The notes beneath the pieces are model-generated. The model had not been told where the DNA came from. It did no database searches and worked only from the letters and a program-made list of their open reading frames with translations. A program made the position numbers and the translations under genes. From Nitrospinota bacterium (GTDB lineage Bacteria > UBA8248), in NCBI GenBank assembly GCA_046581755.1, contig JAYGFR010000108.1, forward strand, positions 1 to 54,469: DNA of 54,469 nt, given 5' to 3'. Numbering within the stretch: position 1 is the stretch's first letter; each line of letters opens with the position of its first letter. Of the stretch, positions 29,346 to 39,231 are shown piece after piece.

Positions 29346-29960
29346 GCGAGACGCTGGTGTAAGCCAGCGTAATAATACCGTGTCTTATGCGCAATAATTC
29401 ACCCGGAGAAAAGCGAAAGAAAGTGGAATTATCCGGAAGCCGGAGGATGCGGGTCGGAATTGCGGAGAGATTCACCATAACGAATTGGAGGGATGGGGCT
29501 TTCGATTTCTTCTCCTGCCGAAAGGGGAGCGAGGCCCGTCCCTGAATTCCGCATTCGAGGCATGTTTCAATCAGATTAGAGCCCGCGCTGAATCGTCTTG
29601 AGTGCATGGTCTTGCGGCCGGGAGGTGGAATCGTCCGGCCCGGTGGAGCGGCCCCATGGTGCATTCTTTATGCTGGAGCTAACGAAAATTCGGGCGGCAT
29701 GTCCCTTTAGGACCTCTCCTTATTCGACCTGTGCCCGTGGATGGGGGCAGGGGAAGTTATTTCAGATATGTAATCCGAAGGACCCGTGGGTACTCGGAAT
29801 ACACCGGTGAATTTAATCCCTTGGGAAAAAGTTTCGGTCCTGAGCATTGGCTGGGCTTGGCGGAAGAGCTGCCTAACCGAAGCGGTCGCATGGCGCTCAA
29901 ATCGGGGGCTATAGCCAAACAAATCGGCGCCGGAATTCTTCTTCTCTCAGTATTATCGGG

Positions 29961-30003
29961 CAAAAAAATCCCCGGGGGCCGAAGCCCCCGGGGATTTTTT
30001 TTG
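29961..30003 (-). terminator. bidirectional intrinsic terminator
   Basis: AAAAAAATCCCCGGGGGC-CGAA-GCCCCCGGGGATTTTTTT perfect IR with T/A tails, just after the permease stop. Confidence 0.85.
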
Positions 30004-30017
30004 GATTACAGTGGGCG

Positions 30018-30806
30018 CTACACCTTTTTGTCCTGCCCGCCCATCTCTTCCATCATGCCCCATTTGATAATGGTCCGGGTTTCGATGGGCTGGAAGAGAA
30101 CCTTCTCCAGGAGGTAGCCGAAGATTCCCAAAACGGCGATGGCCACCATCATGAACGCTGTGTCGAGGTATTCCTGAGCATCGAATATGCCCGCCGAAAG
30201 CCCCCACCGAATTCCGGCCAGGGATTCGGCGCCAACGCCGGCGCGCCAGGCGCGGGCCAAGCCGATCCGCATTCCACTCAGGATCATGGGCAGTGATCCG
30301 GGAAGCACCACAGTATGGAAGATTGTCATCTTATCCGCATTCATTGATTGCGCGGCTCGTATCCACACCGGGTTAACCGTCTTGACCCCCGCCGTCCAGA
30401 CCGCCATCGCGATGGGTAAGAAAGAGGCGAACGCCGTAACGAGGATGACTGTCTGATCGCCGTTTCCGAACCAGATGACAGCGAGGGGCGTCCATGCCAG
30501 CGCTGGAATCGGGAGTAAAACCGAGAGCAGGGGAACAAAAAAGCCTTCCCAGAAGGCAAACCGGCCCATCAAGATGCCGACGGTAACACCAATGACCGAC
30601 GCAATGGCGAACGCGAAGGGCAGCCGCCAGGCTGTGGCGAAAACGTGCCACAGAAGTGGACTCCTGGCGAGTTGCTGGAGCTGAACGATGAAGCTCAGTG
30701 AGTTCTGGAAAAACAGCGCATAAAGCTGAATTAAGAAACCGCCATCCTTAAGAGCCGTTTTTTTAGCTTCTATGAAACTTTCTAAATCATCCTCGAATCC
30801 GGTGAG
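30018..30806 (-). pseudogene. 5'-truncated second NitT/TauT ABC permease
   Basis: Frame is open from 30806 (LTGFEDDLESFIEAKKTALKDGGF...ATAWRLPFAF) and aligns with the neighbouring permease, but is preceded directly by TAA with no start; about 88 N-terminal codons are missing. Confidence 0.75.
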
Positions 30807-30827
30807 TTAGCCGATGGCCGATGGATC

Positions 30828-31883
30828 CTAGATCTTTTTGTCCTGGGCGCCCATCTTTTCCATCATGCCCCATTTGATGATGGTCCGGGATTCGATGGGC
30901 TGGAAAAGAGTCTTTTCGAGTAGGAAGCCGAAGATGCCCAAAACGGAGATGGCCACCATCATGAAGGAGGTGTCGAGATATTCCTGGGCATCGAATATGC
31001 CCGCCGAAAGGCCCCACCTGATTCCGGCCAGGGATTCGGCGCCAACGCCCGCGCGCCAGGCCCGTGCCAGGCCGATCCGCATTCCGCTCAGGATCATGGG
31101 CAGGGAGCCGGGGAGCACCACGGTGCGGAAAATGGTCATTTTATCCGCGTTCATGGACTGCGCCGCCCGTATCCAGACCGGGTTAACCGTCTTGACCCCC
31201 GTCCAGACCGCCATCGCGATGGGCAAGAAAGAGGCGAACGCCGTAACGATGATGACTGTCTGATCGCCGTTCCCGAACCAGATGACGGCCAGAGGCGTCC
31301 ACGCGAGCGCTGGAATCGGGAGCATGACCGAGAGCAGGGGGACGAAAAATCCCTCCCAGAAGGCGAAACGCCCCATCAGGATGCCGACGCTGACGCCGAT
31401 GACCGTTGCGATCACGAACGCGAAGGGCAGCCGCCAGGCCGTTGCGAGGACATGCAACAGGAGCTGGCCGTCGGCCAGCTTAGCGAGCTGATCAAAAAAA
31501 CCTAGCGAGTTACTGAAAATGGCTTTGACTTGTGCAAAGAAGCCTGCGTCCTTGAGCATTTGGGTTTTGGATTGTATTAACTCGTCTAACACGTCTTCGT
31601 CCGCGAATCCGGTCATTTCGTATAAAGTATTTTGGTCCACGATTCCTCCGATCGCTCTGATCATAGGTTCGGTGATCAGCTCCCACGCCCGGAACACGAT
31701 AGAGCCGAAGAAGGGAAACAAATCTCCCATCCTGGCATGCAGAAAATAGGCGGTGATCTGCCATAGCACCAAGATGATGAGGAACGGCCATATGGGCCGC
31801 AACATCACCCAAACCGAAACGCGTGGAACCTCTGTCGGTGCATCCAAATCCAAAGGGGGTAGCCCGGAATGTGCCTCTGCCAT
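30828..31883 (-). CDS. NitT/TauT-type ABC transporter permease
   Basis: PIPALAWTPLAVIWFG, EAA-like loop RAAQSMNA, VVLPGSLP, AES; RBS GAGGAAGG. Confidence 0.9.
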   Translation of the reverse strand: MAEAHSGLPPLDLDAPTEVPRVSVWVMLRPIWPFLIILVLWQITAYFLHARMGDLFPFFGSIVFRAWELITEPMIRAIGGIVDQNTLYEMTGFADEDVLDELIQSKTQMLKDAGFFAQVKAIFSNSLGFFDQLAKLADGQLLLHVLATAWRLPFAFVIATVIGVSVGILMGRFAFWEGFFVPLLSVMLPIPALAWTPLAVIWFGNGDQTVIIVTAFASFLPIAMAVWTGVKTVNPVWIRAAQSMNADKMTIFRTVVLPGSLPMILSGMRIGLARAWRAGVGAESLAGIRWGLSAGIFDAQEYLDTSFMMVAISVLGIFGFLLEKTLFQPIESRTIIKWGMMEKMGAQDKKI

Positions 31884-31932
31884 CTGATTAACCCTTCCTC
31901 TTTATCGGTCGCGGATTGGCTCGCTGACGTTT

Positions 31933-32679
31933 TTAATAGTCGCGGATTAGGTCGTTGATATTGCGCTGAATTTGAATAAACTCGGATGCCAGCGCGTCCC
32001 GGGGACGCGGCATGTCGATTTTGATAATCTCACGGATTCTTCCGGGCTGCGGGATAAACACCACGACCCGGGTGCCCAGGAAAACCGCTTCGCTGAGATT
32101 GTGGGTGACGTAGAGCACAGTTTTTTTCGTCTTCTGCCAAACGTCCACGGTGAGTTCTTGAAGTTCCTCGCGCGTCTGAGCGTCCAAGGCGCCGAAGGGC
32201 TCGTCCATCAGGAGCACCTGCGGGTCGAAGGCCAGGGCGCGCGCCACGGCGATGCGCTGGCGCATGCCGCCCGAGAGACTGTGCGGGAACAGATCAGCGA
32301 ATTCCTCCAGGCGGACGAGCCGGAGAAATTTCATCGATATTTCCCTCCGGTCCTTTACAGAGACGTTCCTGATCTTGAGGCCGTACTCGACATTCTGGAT
32401 GGCGGTGAGCCAGGGGAAGAGAGCATATTCTTGAAATACGACCCCCTTGTCGTATTCGTCCGTGATGGGTTTCCCGTCCATGTTCACCGTGCCCGCGGTG
32501 ATTTTCACGAAGCCGGCGAGGATGTTCAGAAGCGTGGTCTTTCCGCATCCAGAAAGTCCCACGAGGCACAGGAACTCGCCATCCTCGATGTTGATGTTGA
32601 TATCCTCCAGCGCATGCACCTTTCGCTCCGGGGTGTCATACACTTTGCGCAGGTTCTTGATTTCGATTTTCGTTGGCAT
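31933..32679 (-). CDS. NitT/TauT-type ABC transporter ATP-binding protein
   Basis: Walker A GLSGCGKT, VFQEYALFPW, LSGGMRQR, MDEPFGALD, VTH. Confidence 0.93.
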   Translation of the reverse strand: MPTKIEIKNLRKVYDTPERKVHALEDININIEDGEFLCLVGLSGCGKTTLLNILAGFVKITAGTVNMDGKPITDEYDKGVVFQEYALFPWLTAIQNVEYGLKIRNVSVKDRREISMKFLRLVRLEEFADLFPHSLSGGMRQRIAVARALAFDPQVLLMDEPFGALDAQTREELQELTVDVWQKTKKTVLYVTHNLSEAVFLGTRVVVFIPQPGRIREIIKIDMPRPRDALASEFIQIQRNINDLIRDY

Positions 32680-32700
32680 ATGCGAACTCTTCCTCGCTGA

Positions 32701-32782
32701 GATTAAAGGAAACCCTGTAAAATTCGATGAGATTAAAGGAAACCCTGTAAAAGGCGCTGGGATTAAAGGAAACCCTGTAAAA
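32701..32782. repeat. three perfect 22-bp direct repeats at 30-bp period
   Basis: GATTAAAGGAAACCCTGTAAAA at 32701, 32731 and 32761, separated by TTCGATGA and GGCGCTGG. Confidence 0.97.
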
Positions 32783-33004
32783 GTCAGATTCATGGGAAAA
32801 CTGGCGGAACCGGTTTTTCTCAAGTTTCGGCATAATTTATCAGGATGTTCCCATATTGCAAGCGGTCTTGGGAGTGGATATATCGGTATTTTCCCTTTAT
32901 TTTGAGGGTCCTCCCGGAGATGGTGCCCGAAATCCCGGGTGATGGACTGATATGGGTGCGGAATTTGTCCTATTTTCGATATTTTCTCAGAGGGGGAGCG
33001 TTTG

Positions 33005-34231
33005 ATGAGTGATTCCAGGCCACTGGATGGGCTCAAGGTCCTTGCCGTGGAGCAATTCGGCGCCGGGCCGATTGGGACCATGTTGTTGGCGGACATGGGC
33101 GCCGAGGTCATCAAAATCGAAAACCACCTGGTGGGCGGCGATTCGGCCCGCCCGGTTCCGCCCTATCCCCTGCCGGAAAACGACAGCTATTATTTTCAAA
33201 GCCTGAACCGGAACAAAAAAAGTGTCGCCTTGGATATACGCTCCCCCGAGGGCCTGGAAATTTTTCATAAAATGGTGCCTCGCGCCAATGTGATCTTCGC
33301 CAACTGCAAGGGAACGGACCCCGAAAAACTCCGGCTCACTTACAAGCATCTGGGCCCGTTCAACGAAAAAATCGTCTGCTGCTTCCTGTCGGGCTACGGG
33401 ATGACGGGCCCGCGCTCGGCCGAGCCCGCCTACGATTTCCTGATGCAGGCCTATGCAGGGATTATGAGCATGGCAGGTGAGCCGGACGGTCCCCCCGCCA
33501 AGGCCGGTGTCAGCTTTGTGGATTTTTCCGGTGGCTTTCTTGCGGTGGCGGGCCTTTTGGCCGCCCTTTGGGAGGCCGAAAAAACGGGCAAGGGCCGTGA
33601 CGTGGATGTCGCTCTGTTGGACGGCGCCGTTTTTCAGCTCGCCTACCAAGCCGCTTGGACATTAAATTGTGGATACGAGACGCAAAAATTCGCCCATAGC
33701 GCCCACGCTTCGATGGTTCCGTCCCAGATTTTCGAGTGCCGGGATGGCTGGGTCTGCGTCACCTGCCTGAAGCACAGGTTCTACCCAATCCTCATGGAGC
33801 GAATCGGCAGGCCCGAGCTGGCCGAGGACCCGCGGTTTCTCTCGGCCCAGGATCGGTTCGATCACCGCGACGAGCTTCTCCCCATCCTGGCCGAAGAGTT
33901 TCGCAAGAAGACCATGGCCGAGTGGGCCGGGGCGCTTCAGGGATATGTTCCCTTCGCTCCCGTCAATACGGTGGCCGAGGCGCTGGAGGATCCGCAGATT
34001 CGGGCGAGGGAGATGATCGTCGAAGTGGACCATCCTGTCGCGGGGAAAATCCGGGAGATTGGATGTCCGATTAAATTTCCTGGGATGGATGTACGGTCCG
34101 TGCGCGCACCCTACATGGGCGAGCACACGGCCGAAATTTTGGCCGATTGGGCCGGAGTTGGCAGCGAAGAGCTGGCGGCCCTTCGCGAGAAAAATATCGT
34201 GGACTGGACCGAGCCCCCCGGCGGGGGATAA
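33005..34231 (+). CDS. family III (CaiB/BaiF) CoA-transferase
   Basis: PLDGLKVL, LADMGAEVIKIE, NRNKKS, AYDFLMQA, catalytic Asp in SFVDFSGG, GEHT. Confidence 0.92.
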   Translation: MSDSRPLDGLKVLAVEQFGAGPIGTMLLADMGAEVIKIENHLVGGDSARPVPPYPLPENDSYYFQSLNRNKKSVALDIRSPEGLEIFHKMVPRANVIFANCKGTDPEKLRLTYKHLGPFNEKIVCCFLSGYGMTGPRSAEPAYDFLMQAYAGIMSMAGEPDGPPAKAGVSFVDFSGGFLAVAGLLAALWEAEKTGKGRDVDVALLDGAVFQLAYQAAWTLNCGYETQKFAHSAHASMVPSQIFECRDGWVCVTCLKHRFYPILMERIGRPELAEDPRFLSAQDRFDHRDELLPILAEEFRKKTMAEWAGALQGYVPFAPVNTVAEALEDPQIRAREMIVEVDHPVAGKIREIGCPIKFPGMDVRSVRAPYMGEHTAEILADWAGVGSEELAALREKNIVDWTEPPGGG

Positions 34232-34245
34232 CCGCACGCCGGAAG

Positions 34246-36690
34246 TTATTTCGATGTCATGATGAAAGCGCCGTTCCAGGTCTTCCCCGGCGGATCGAGT
34301 ATATAATATTCGCACCGCTTGATCATGTTTTTAGAGGGGCCATCGTCTTTGATCTGGCCCAGCCCTTGCGCGAAAATCCCCATCGCGTCGGCGAATTCCC
34401 GGTTCCGATACATCTCGAGCCCCTGTTGGTAGAATTCCAGGCACTTTGATTTTTCCGGACTGAGTTCGCTTTTTTTGGCGACCAGCTCATAGATCGGGAC
34501 CGGTTCGGCCTTTCCCACCACATTGATCAAATCCAGTTCCCGGGCCTCGATCACATCCTTGGCGCTTTCGTAGGTGACCTGGCCGATCATGATGGCGCTT
34601 CCGTACTCCTTGTTGGCCCCCTCGAAGCGGGCGGCTGTGTTCACCGTGTCGCCCATCATGGTGTAGTCCATCCGGATGTTCGATCCCATGTTGCCGACGA
34701 CAGCCGGCCCCGTGTTCAGGCCGATTCGCATGAAGAGTTCTTTCATATTCCGCGCCCTCCAGCCCGCGCGGAGTTCGACCATTTTTTCCTGCATGTCGAG
34801 TGCAACCAGGGAGCACCGGGCTGCGTGGTCGGGCATGGGATGGGGAGCGCCAAAGAAGGCGATGATGGCGTCTCCTTCGTATTTGTCCACCGTGCCGTCG
34901 TACCGGAGAATGATGTCCGTCATATCCGAGAGGTATTCGTTGAGCAGGTGGACCAACTCTTCGGGGGTCAGGGACTCGGAAACCGACGTGAATCCGGCGA
35001 CGTCGGAGAAAAACGCGGTAATTTCCTTGCGCTCGCCGCCCAGTTTCAGGAAATCGGGGTTTTCCACGAGTTGCTCGACCACTTTTGGGGAAAGGTAGGT
35101 GGAAAAGGCGGACTGGATGAAGCGCTTGTCGCGCTGTTCGATGACATAGTGGAAAATCGTCATTCCAGCATAGACCAGGATAATCGTAAAAATGGGATAG
35201 GAAACACTGAGCCACCAGCCGTAGTTGACGAAAAGATACTGGTTGAGAGTGACCGATCCAAAGAGAAAGGCGATGGCGCCGACCCCGCCGCCGAGGGCCC
35301 CCACGCGCGGGAGGAGAAGCGTCCCGAGAAGCCCTAGGAATAAAATGCTTCCCGCCGTGTAGCCTATGAAAGGAATGGGGATTTCTATTTTGCCCAACAG
35401 GGGAATTTTGAAATCCATGTGAATGAGAGTGAACCAGGTGTCCGACCACCAGGGCTTTTCCAAAAATTGGTTGCTCATCATGTTGTCGATGACGGTGGCG
35501 TGGATGTTCACTCCCGGAATTGCCTTGTCGAAGGGGGTCACCCGCAGGTCGGCCAGGGCGATGGCCGTGGGGCCGATGAGGACCATTTTCCGCCTGAAGG
35601 CCGATCGGGGCGCGAGATCTTTCCGACCGTTGATGATATCGACGATGGAGTATTCCGGAAACGTTCCACCCGGCCCGAGATAGTTGATGTACATCTCGCC
35701 CCTGGCATTGGTGGGGATGAGTATTTTTTTCCGGCCCGATATTCCCACCTTCGCCACACCCACCGGGTCGATCCAGAATATCGTCGTTCCTTTGAGGAAA
35801 CGCTCCACCGTCCGAACGGCGATGGGGGCGAAAAGATAGTCCTGCTCGCCCGGAATTTCGACCAGGTCCCGGTACTGCACTATGAGAGGATAGCGCCGGA
35901 TGGCGCCGTCGATGTCGGGAACCATGCTGAAGTACGCGCCGCCGCGCGCTGATTTGGAAAGGATGTCGATGTTCGACTCGACGGCAAGGGCGCGCGGGAG
36001 GTCGATATCCTTCAGTCGCACACCGGGAGATTTTTTGATCGCGCTGTACTTCGAACTCCGGATGTTGGCGAGGAACTGTTTCATCTGGCTTTCGTTGAGG
36101 TGGCCGATGTTTTTCTTGCTGAACTGGAAGAAATAGCCCAAGATCGTGCGCCGGGAGCGCTTCAGCGAACGGGCGAATATGGCGTCGTGGTCGGCCTCCT
36201 TAATGGCCTGGTTCAGGAAGGAGGAGGTGGCCGAGCCGCGGCCGATGCCCTCGGCTTCCATTTTGGTCTTGATTCGGTTTAGATTCCTGATTCCCCCGCT
36301 GGTGTCCGATGAGGAGAACACAACGTCGTAGGTGATGACGCGCGCGCCATAGGAGCGCAAGCGGTTGATCAGTTCGGCCTGCACCGTATAGGGCCAGGGC
36401 CATCTTCCGAGTTGGTCGATGCTCTTCTCGTCGATGGCGGCGATGACCAAATCTTTTCCGGGTTTTTTCGGTCCCCGGAACTGGAACCGGATGTCAGAGG
36501 CGACGAGTTCGAGCCGCTCCAAGATGAACACGACAATCGGGGGCTGAAAGTGAAAAATTCCAAGCATCACCCCGGTACAGAAAATGCCCACAGCCGGGCT
36601 GGTGAAGCTAATGCTAAATAATCGTTTCCAGTTCAAGGAATTTTTCCTCCTGGATGGAGACTCACGCCGCTCCGAGAAAAGGGACATCAT
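34246..36690 (-). CDS. CHASE2-domain class III adenylate cyclase
   Basis: IDEKSIDQLGRWPWP (CHASE2), 3 TM, FFSDVAGFT, DKYEGD, DYTMMGDTVNTAARFE (K/D residues indicate ATP specificity). Confidence 0.92.
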   Translation of the reverse strand: MMSLFSERRESPSRRKNSLNWKRLFSISFTSPAVGIFCTGVMLGIFHFQPPIVVFILERLELVASDIRFQFRGPKKPGKDLVIAAIDEKSIDQLGRWPWPYTVQAELINRLRSYGARVITYDVVFSSSDTSGGIRNLNRIKTKMEAEGIGRGSATSSFLNQAIKEADHDAIFARSLKRSRRTILGYFFQFSKKNIGHLNESQMKQFLANIRSSKYSAIKKSPGVRLKDIDLPRALAVESNIDILSKSARGGAYFSMVPDIDGAIRRYPLIVQYRDLVEIPGEQDYLFAPIAVRTVERFLKGTTIFWIDPVGVAKVGISGRKKILIPTNARGEMYINYLGPGGTFPEYSIVDIINGRKDLAPRSAFRRKMVLIGPTAIALADLRVTPFDKAIPGVNIHATVIDNMMSNQFLEKPWWSDTWFTLIHMDFKIPLLGKIEIPIPFIGYTAGSILFLGLLGTLLLPRVGALGGGVGAIAFLFGSVTLNQYLFVNYGWWLSVSYPIFTIILVYAGMTIFHYVIEQRDKRFIQSAFSTYLSPKVVEQLVENPDFLKLGGERKEITAFFSDVAGFTSVSESLTPEELVHLLNEYLSDMTDIILRYDGTVDKYEGDAIIAFFGAPHPMPDHAARCSLVALDMQEKMVELRAGWRARNMKELFMRIGLNTGPAVVGNMGSNIRMDYTMMGDTVNTAARFEGANKEYGSAIMIGQVTYESAKDVIEARELDLINVVGKAEPVPIYELVAKKSELSPEKSKCLEFYQQGLEMYRNREFADAMGIFAQGLGQIKDDGPSKNMIKRCEYYILDPPGKTWNGAFIMTSK

Positions 36691-36853
36691 TATCGCATAT
36701 TTTCGAGGCTGCTTTCTATGGCTGAATCGCTCGGCCTAAGCGGACCGTTGGCGGCCGGGTGGCAGTCTGCCCGCCCGCCGTCCGTCTTGCCTCTCGACCA
36801 TTCATGCCATAGGATTATTTTCCCATTTTCGGATTAGCCGAGGAGCCAGAAAG

Positions 36854-37282
36854 ATGGCCGATTTACCGATTCCCCAGATCATCAACTCCCTCGATGTGGA
36901 TGAGGATAAGGCCTACGAGCCGCCATACGCCATCCGGTGGGGGGTCAACCGGGAAACCACCGGCACCGGCACCATCACGATGGGAAGAACCATCATTCCT
37001 CCCCGGGGGCGCAACGGCCTCCACTACCACAAGAATTGTGACACCACGATTTACGTCGTCAAGGGGCCGATCAATATTTACTACAAGGACGGAGACGAGA
37101 TTACCCGCAAGGAAATCCCTCAGGGGCATTTCGTTTATTTTCCGCAAACTTGCATCCACGGCCAGGAGAATCCGAGCCATACCGAGGTGGCCGAACTCAT
37201 CTTCACCTACGGCGCGATGCCGAACAAAGAGGCCGCCGGAACGACTTTTGTGGACGATCCACGCGATCCGCTCAAGGACTGA
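36854..37282 (+). CDS. cupin domain protein
   Basis: HYH..CD...YVVKG and G.FVYFP...IH..EN cupin motifs; AGGAG RBS. Confidence 0.85.
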   Translation: MADLPIPQIINSLDVDEDKAYEPPYAIRWGVNRETTGTGTITMGRTIIPPRGRNGLHYHKNCDTTIYVVKGPINIYYKDGDEITRKEIPQGHFVYFPQTCIHGQENPSHTEVAELIFTYGAMPNKEAAGTTFVDDPRDPLKD

Positions 37283-37321
37283 GACGCGCCGGGCTGTTCC
37301 TTCCGCCCCGGGAGATAATTG

Positions 37322-38218
37322 ATGGGTGAATTCCAGAACTGCCCCGCGCCGGTTAAACGGCTGATCGCGTTGGCGGTTGTTTTCGCGCTTGCGCCGTCCC
37401 TGGGTCTGGCCGCCCCCCGCACCAAGATATCCGGGTTCGACGGCGCCGTTCTCGTCCATGTCTCCACCGGGGAATTCCTCATGGGCAGCAAAAAAGGCGA
37501 CGCGGACGAGCGCCCGCCGCGTCGTGTATCCGTTTCGGCCTTTTGGATCGGCCGGACCGAGGTGCCGGCGAGCCGGTTCGCGGTCTTCGTTTCGAGGACG
37601 GGCTACATCACGACCGCCGAAAAAAAAGGATGGGCCTGGGTCTGGGACCCGAAGATGAAAAAAGGCAAGGGCGGATGGCGCAACGTCCGGGGTGCCAGTT
37701 GGCACAAACCCCAGGGCGAGGGATCAGACTGGCGGCAGATGCCTGGCCAAGCCGTCTCACAGGTGAGCTGGAACGACGCCGAGGCCTACTGCACTTGGGC
37801 GGGCCGCCGCCTGCCCACCGAGGCCGAGTGGGAGTACGCCGCCCGGGGCGAGGATGGCCGGAATTATCCTTGGGGAGAGGAAAAAGATCCCGGCCGTGCC
37901 AACCTGAAGGGAGGGAAGGACGGTTTTCCCGGCGTATCACCCGTTGACCAGTTCCTGAACGGTGCCAGCCCCTTCGGGGTGCTCGGCATGTCGGGGAACG
38001 TATGGGAGTGGGTCTCCGACCGATATGGCTCCAGGGCCTACCGCAAGATAGCCCGAAAAGATCCCTTCGGCCCGGCCAAGGGCGGCACGCGCGTCGTCCG
38101 CGGTGCCTCGTGGGGCAGCCCCCTGAAATGGGCAACCACCCACAACCGGTACCACCGGAAGCCCACCTACCGGAACAATAAAATCGGATTCCGCTGCGCG
38201 ACCGGAGAGGGCGCCTAG
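37322..38218 (+). CDS. FGE-sulfatase (SUMF1/NirV-like) domain protein, secreted
   Basis: Signal peptide, [42 protein letters not shown]; lacks the FGE catalytic Cys pair. Confidence 0.9.
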   Translation: MGEFQNCPAPVKRLIALAVVFALAPSLGLAAPRTKISGFDGAVLVHVSTGEFLMGSKKGDADERPPRRVSVSAFWIGRTEVPASRFAVFVSRTGYITTAEKKGWAWVWDPKMKKGKGGWRNVRGASWHKPQGEGSDWRQMPGQAVSQVSWNDAEAYCTWAGRRLPTEAEWEYAARGEDGRNYPWGEEKDPGRANLKGGKDGFPGVSPVDQFLNGASPFGVLGMSGNVWEWVSDRYGSRAYRKIARKDPFGPAKGGTRVVRGASWGSPLKWATTHNRYHRKPTYRNNKIGFRCATGEGA

Positions 38219-38229
38219 CGCAGCACCGG

Positions 38230-39231
38230 TTATTTTCGCGCCACCGGCGCCGGGGGCATGGGCACGACGAGGACGCCGTGCGGGCCGTTGCCGACGCGGA
38301 TTTTCATTACAGTCATATGGCGCCGCGCGTCCATCACGACCAGCTGGCGCGAGTCGCGGTTTGTGATGTAGGCGAACTCTCCGTCCGGGGTGAACGCGAT
38401 CAGGTCGGGCCGGACCCCTTGCTTGACGAAGGCAACCTCCTGGTGGTCCGGAAGAGAAAAGATCGATACCGCGTTTCTGTGGGGGATGGTGAGGTAGAGA
38501 AACTTCCCGTCCGGCGTCACCAGCGCATCGTGTGGCTCATCGCGCAGGGCGATCATCCGCAGGATTTTGTGGGTTTTCGTGTCCACCACGCTGTAGGATT
38601 TTCTTTCCCCGTTCAGGAAAAAGGCCCGGGTTCCGTCCCGGTTAAAGGCGATTCCCTCGATGTAGTGGCCCGCATCGATATGGACCAGGGTTTTCCGCGT
38701 CCTCAGATCGATGACGGAGACATCCTCGCTCAGCTCGTTGGCGACGTAGGCGAAGCGGCCGTCTCGCGAAATTTTGATGTTGACCGGGTTGTTGCCGCCG
38801 TGCTTGATGAGCCCGACGATCTTCCGTGTCGCCATGTCCAGAATCGAAACGTTGTCCGAATAGGTGTTCACGAAATAGGCGTATTTTCCGTCCGGGGAAA
38901 AGGCCATGTTGTAGGGATCCCGCCCGCTCCGCATCCTGCCGGTAAATTGGAGGGTCACGGCGTCTAAGATTCGCACGTGCGATTTGCCGTCGTTGATGAC
39001 GAATATGCTGCGCCCGTCCAGCGCGAGGGCCAAGCGGTTGGTCTTTCGGCCGACACGAATCGTTTTGATCACCTTGTGGGTATCGCGCGAGATCACGCTC
39101 AGGGTCCCGTCCCGCGTGTTGGTCACGAATATCCGCTCCTCGGCGGCCCGGGAGGCCGTGGGCGCGAGGGCGAGGGTTGCCGTGAGGATCGCACCGGCAA
39201 GCCGGGAGGGAGGGATCGGCGGCCCAATCAT
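38230..39231 (-). CDS. YVTN/YncE-type beta-propeller protein (currently the C-terminal part of the fused ORF 38230-39726)
   Basis: About 7 repeats of P..IAFSPDG..AYV.N; own ATG at 39231 followed by a signal-peptide-like segment (RLAGAILTATLALAPTASRA). Confidence 0.8.
   Translation of the reverse strand: MIGPPIPPSRLAGAILTATLALAPTASRAAEERIFVTNTRDGTLSVISRDTHKVIKTIRVGRKTNRLALALDGRSIFVINDGKSHVRILDAVTLQFTGRMRSGRDPYNMAFSPDGKYAYFVNTYSDNVSILDMATRKIVGLIKHGGNNPVNIKISRDGRFAYVANELSEDVSVIDLRTRKTLVHIDAGHYIEGIAFNRDGTRAFFLNGERKSYSVVDTKTHKILRMIALRDEPHDALVTPDGKFLYLTIPHRNAVSIFSLPDHQEVAFVKQGVRPDLIAFTPDGEFAYITNRDSRQLVVMDARRHMTVMKIRVGNGPHGVLVVPMPPAPVARK

Noticed and set aside
32701..32782. Possible mini CRISPR array
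   Set aside because: Linkers are only 8 bp and similar to each other; no cas genes; fits a tandem repeat or operator array
37322..38218. Diversity-generating retroelement target
   Set aside because: No reverse transcriptase or template repeat of the gene's 3' end seen in the window
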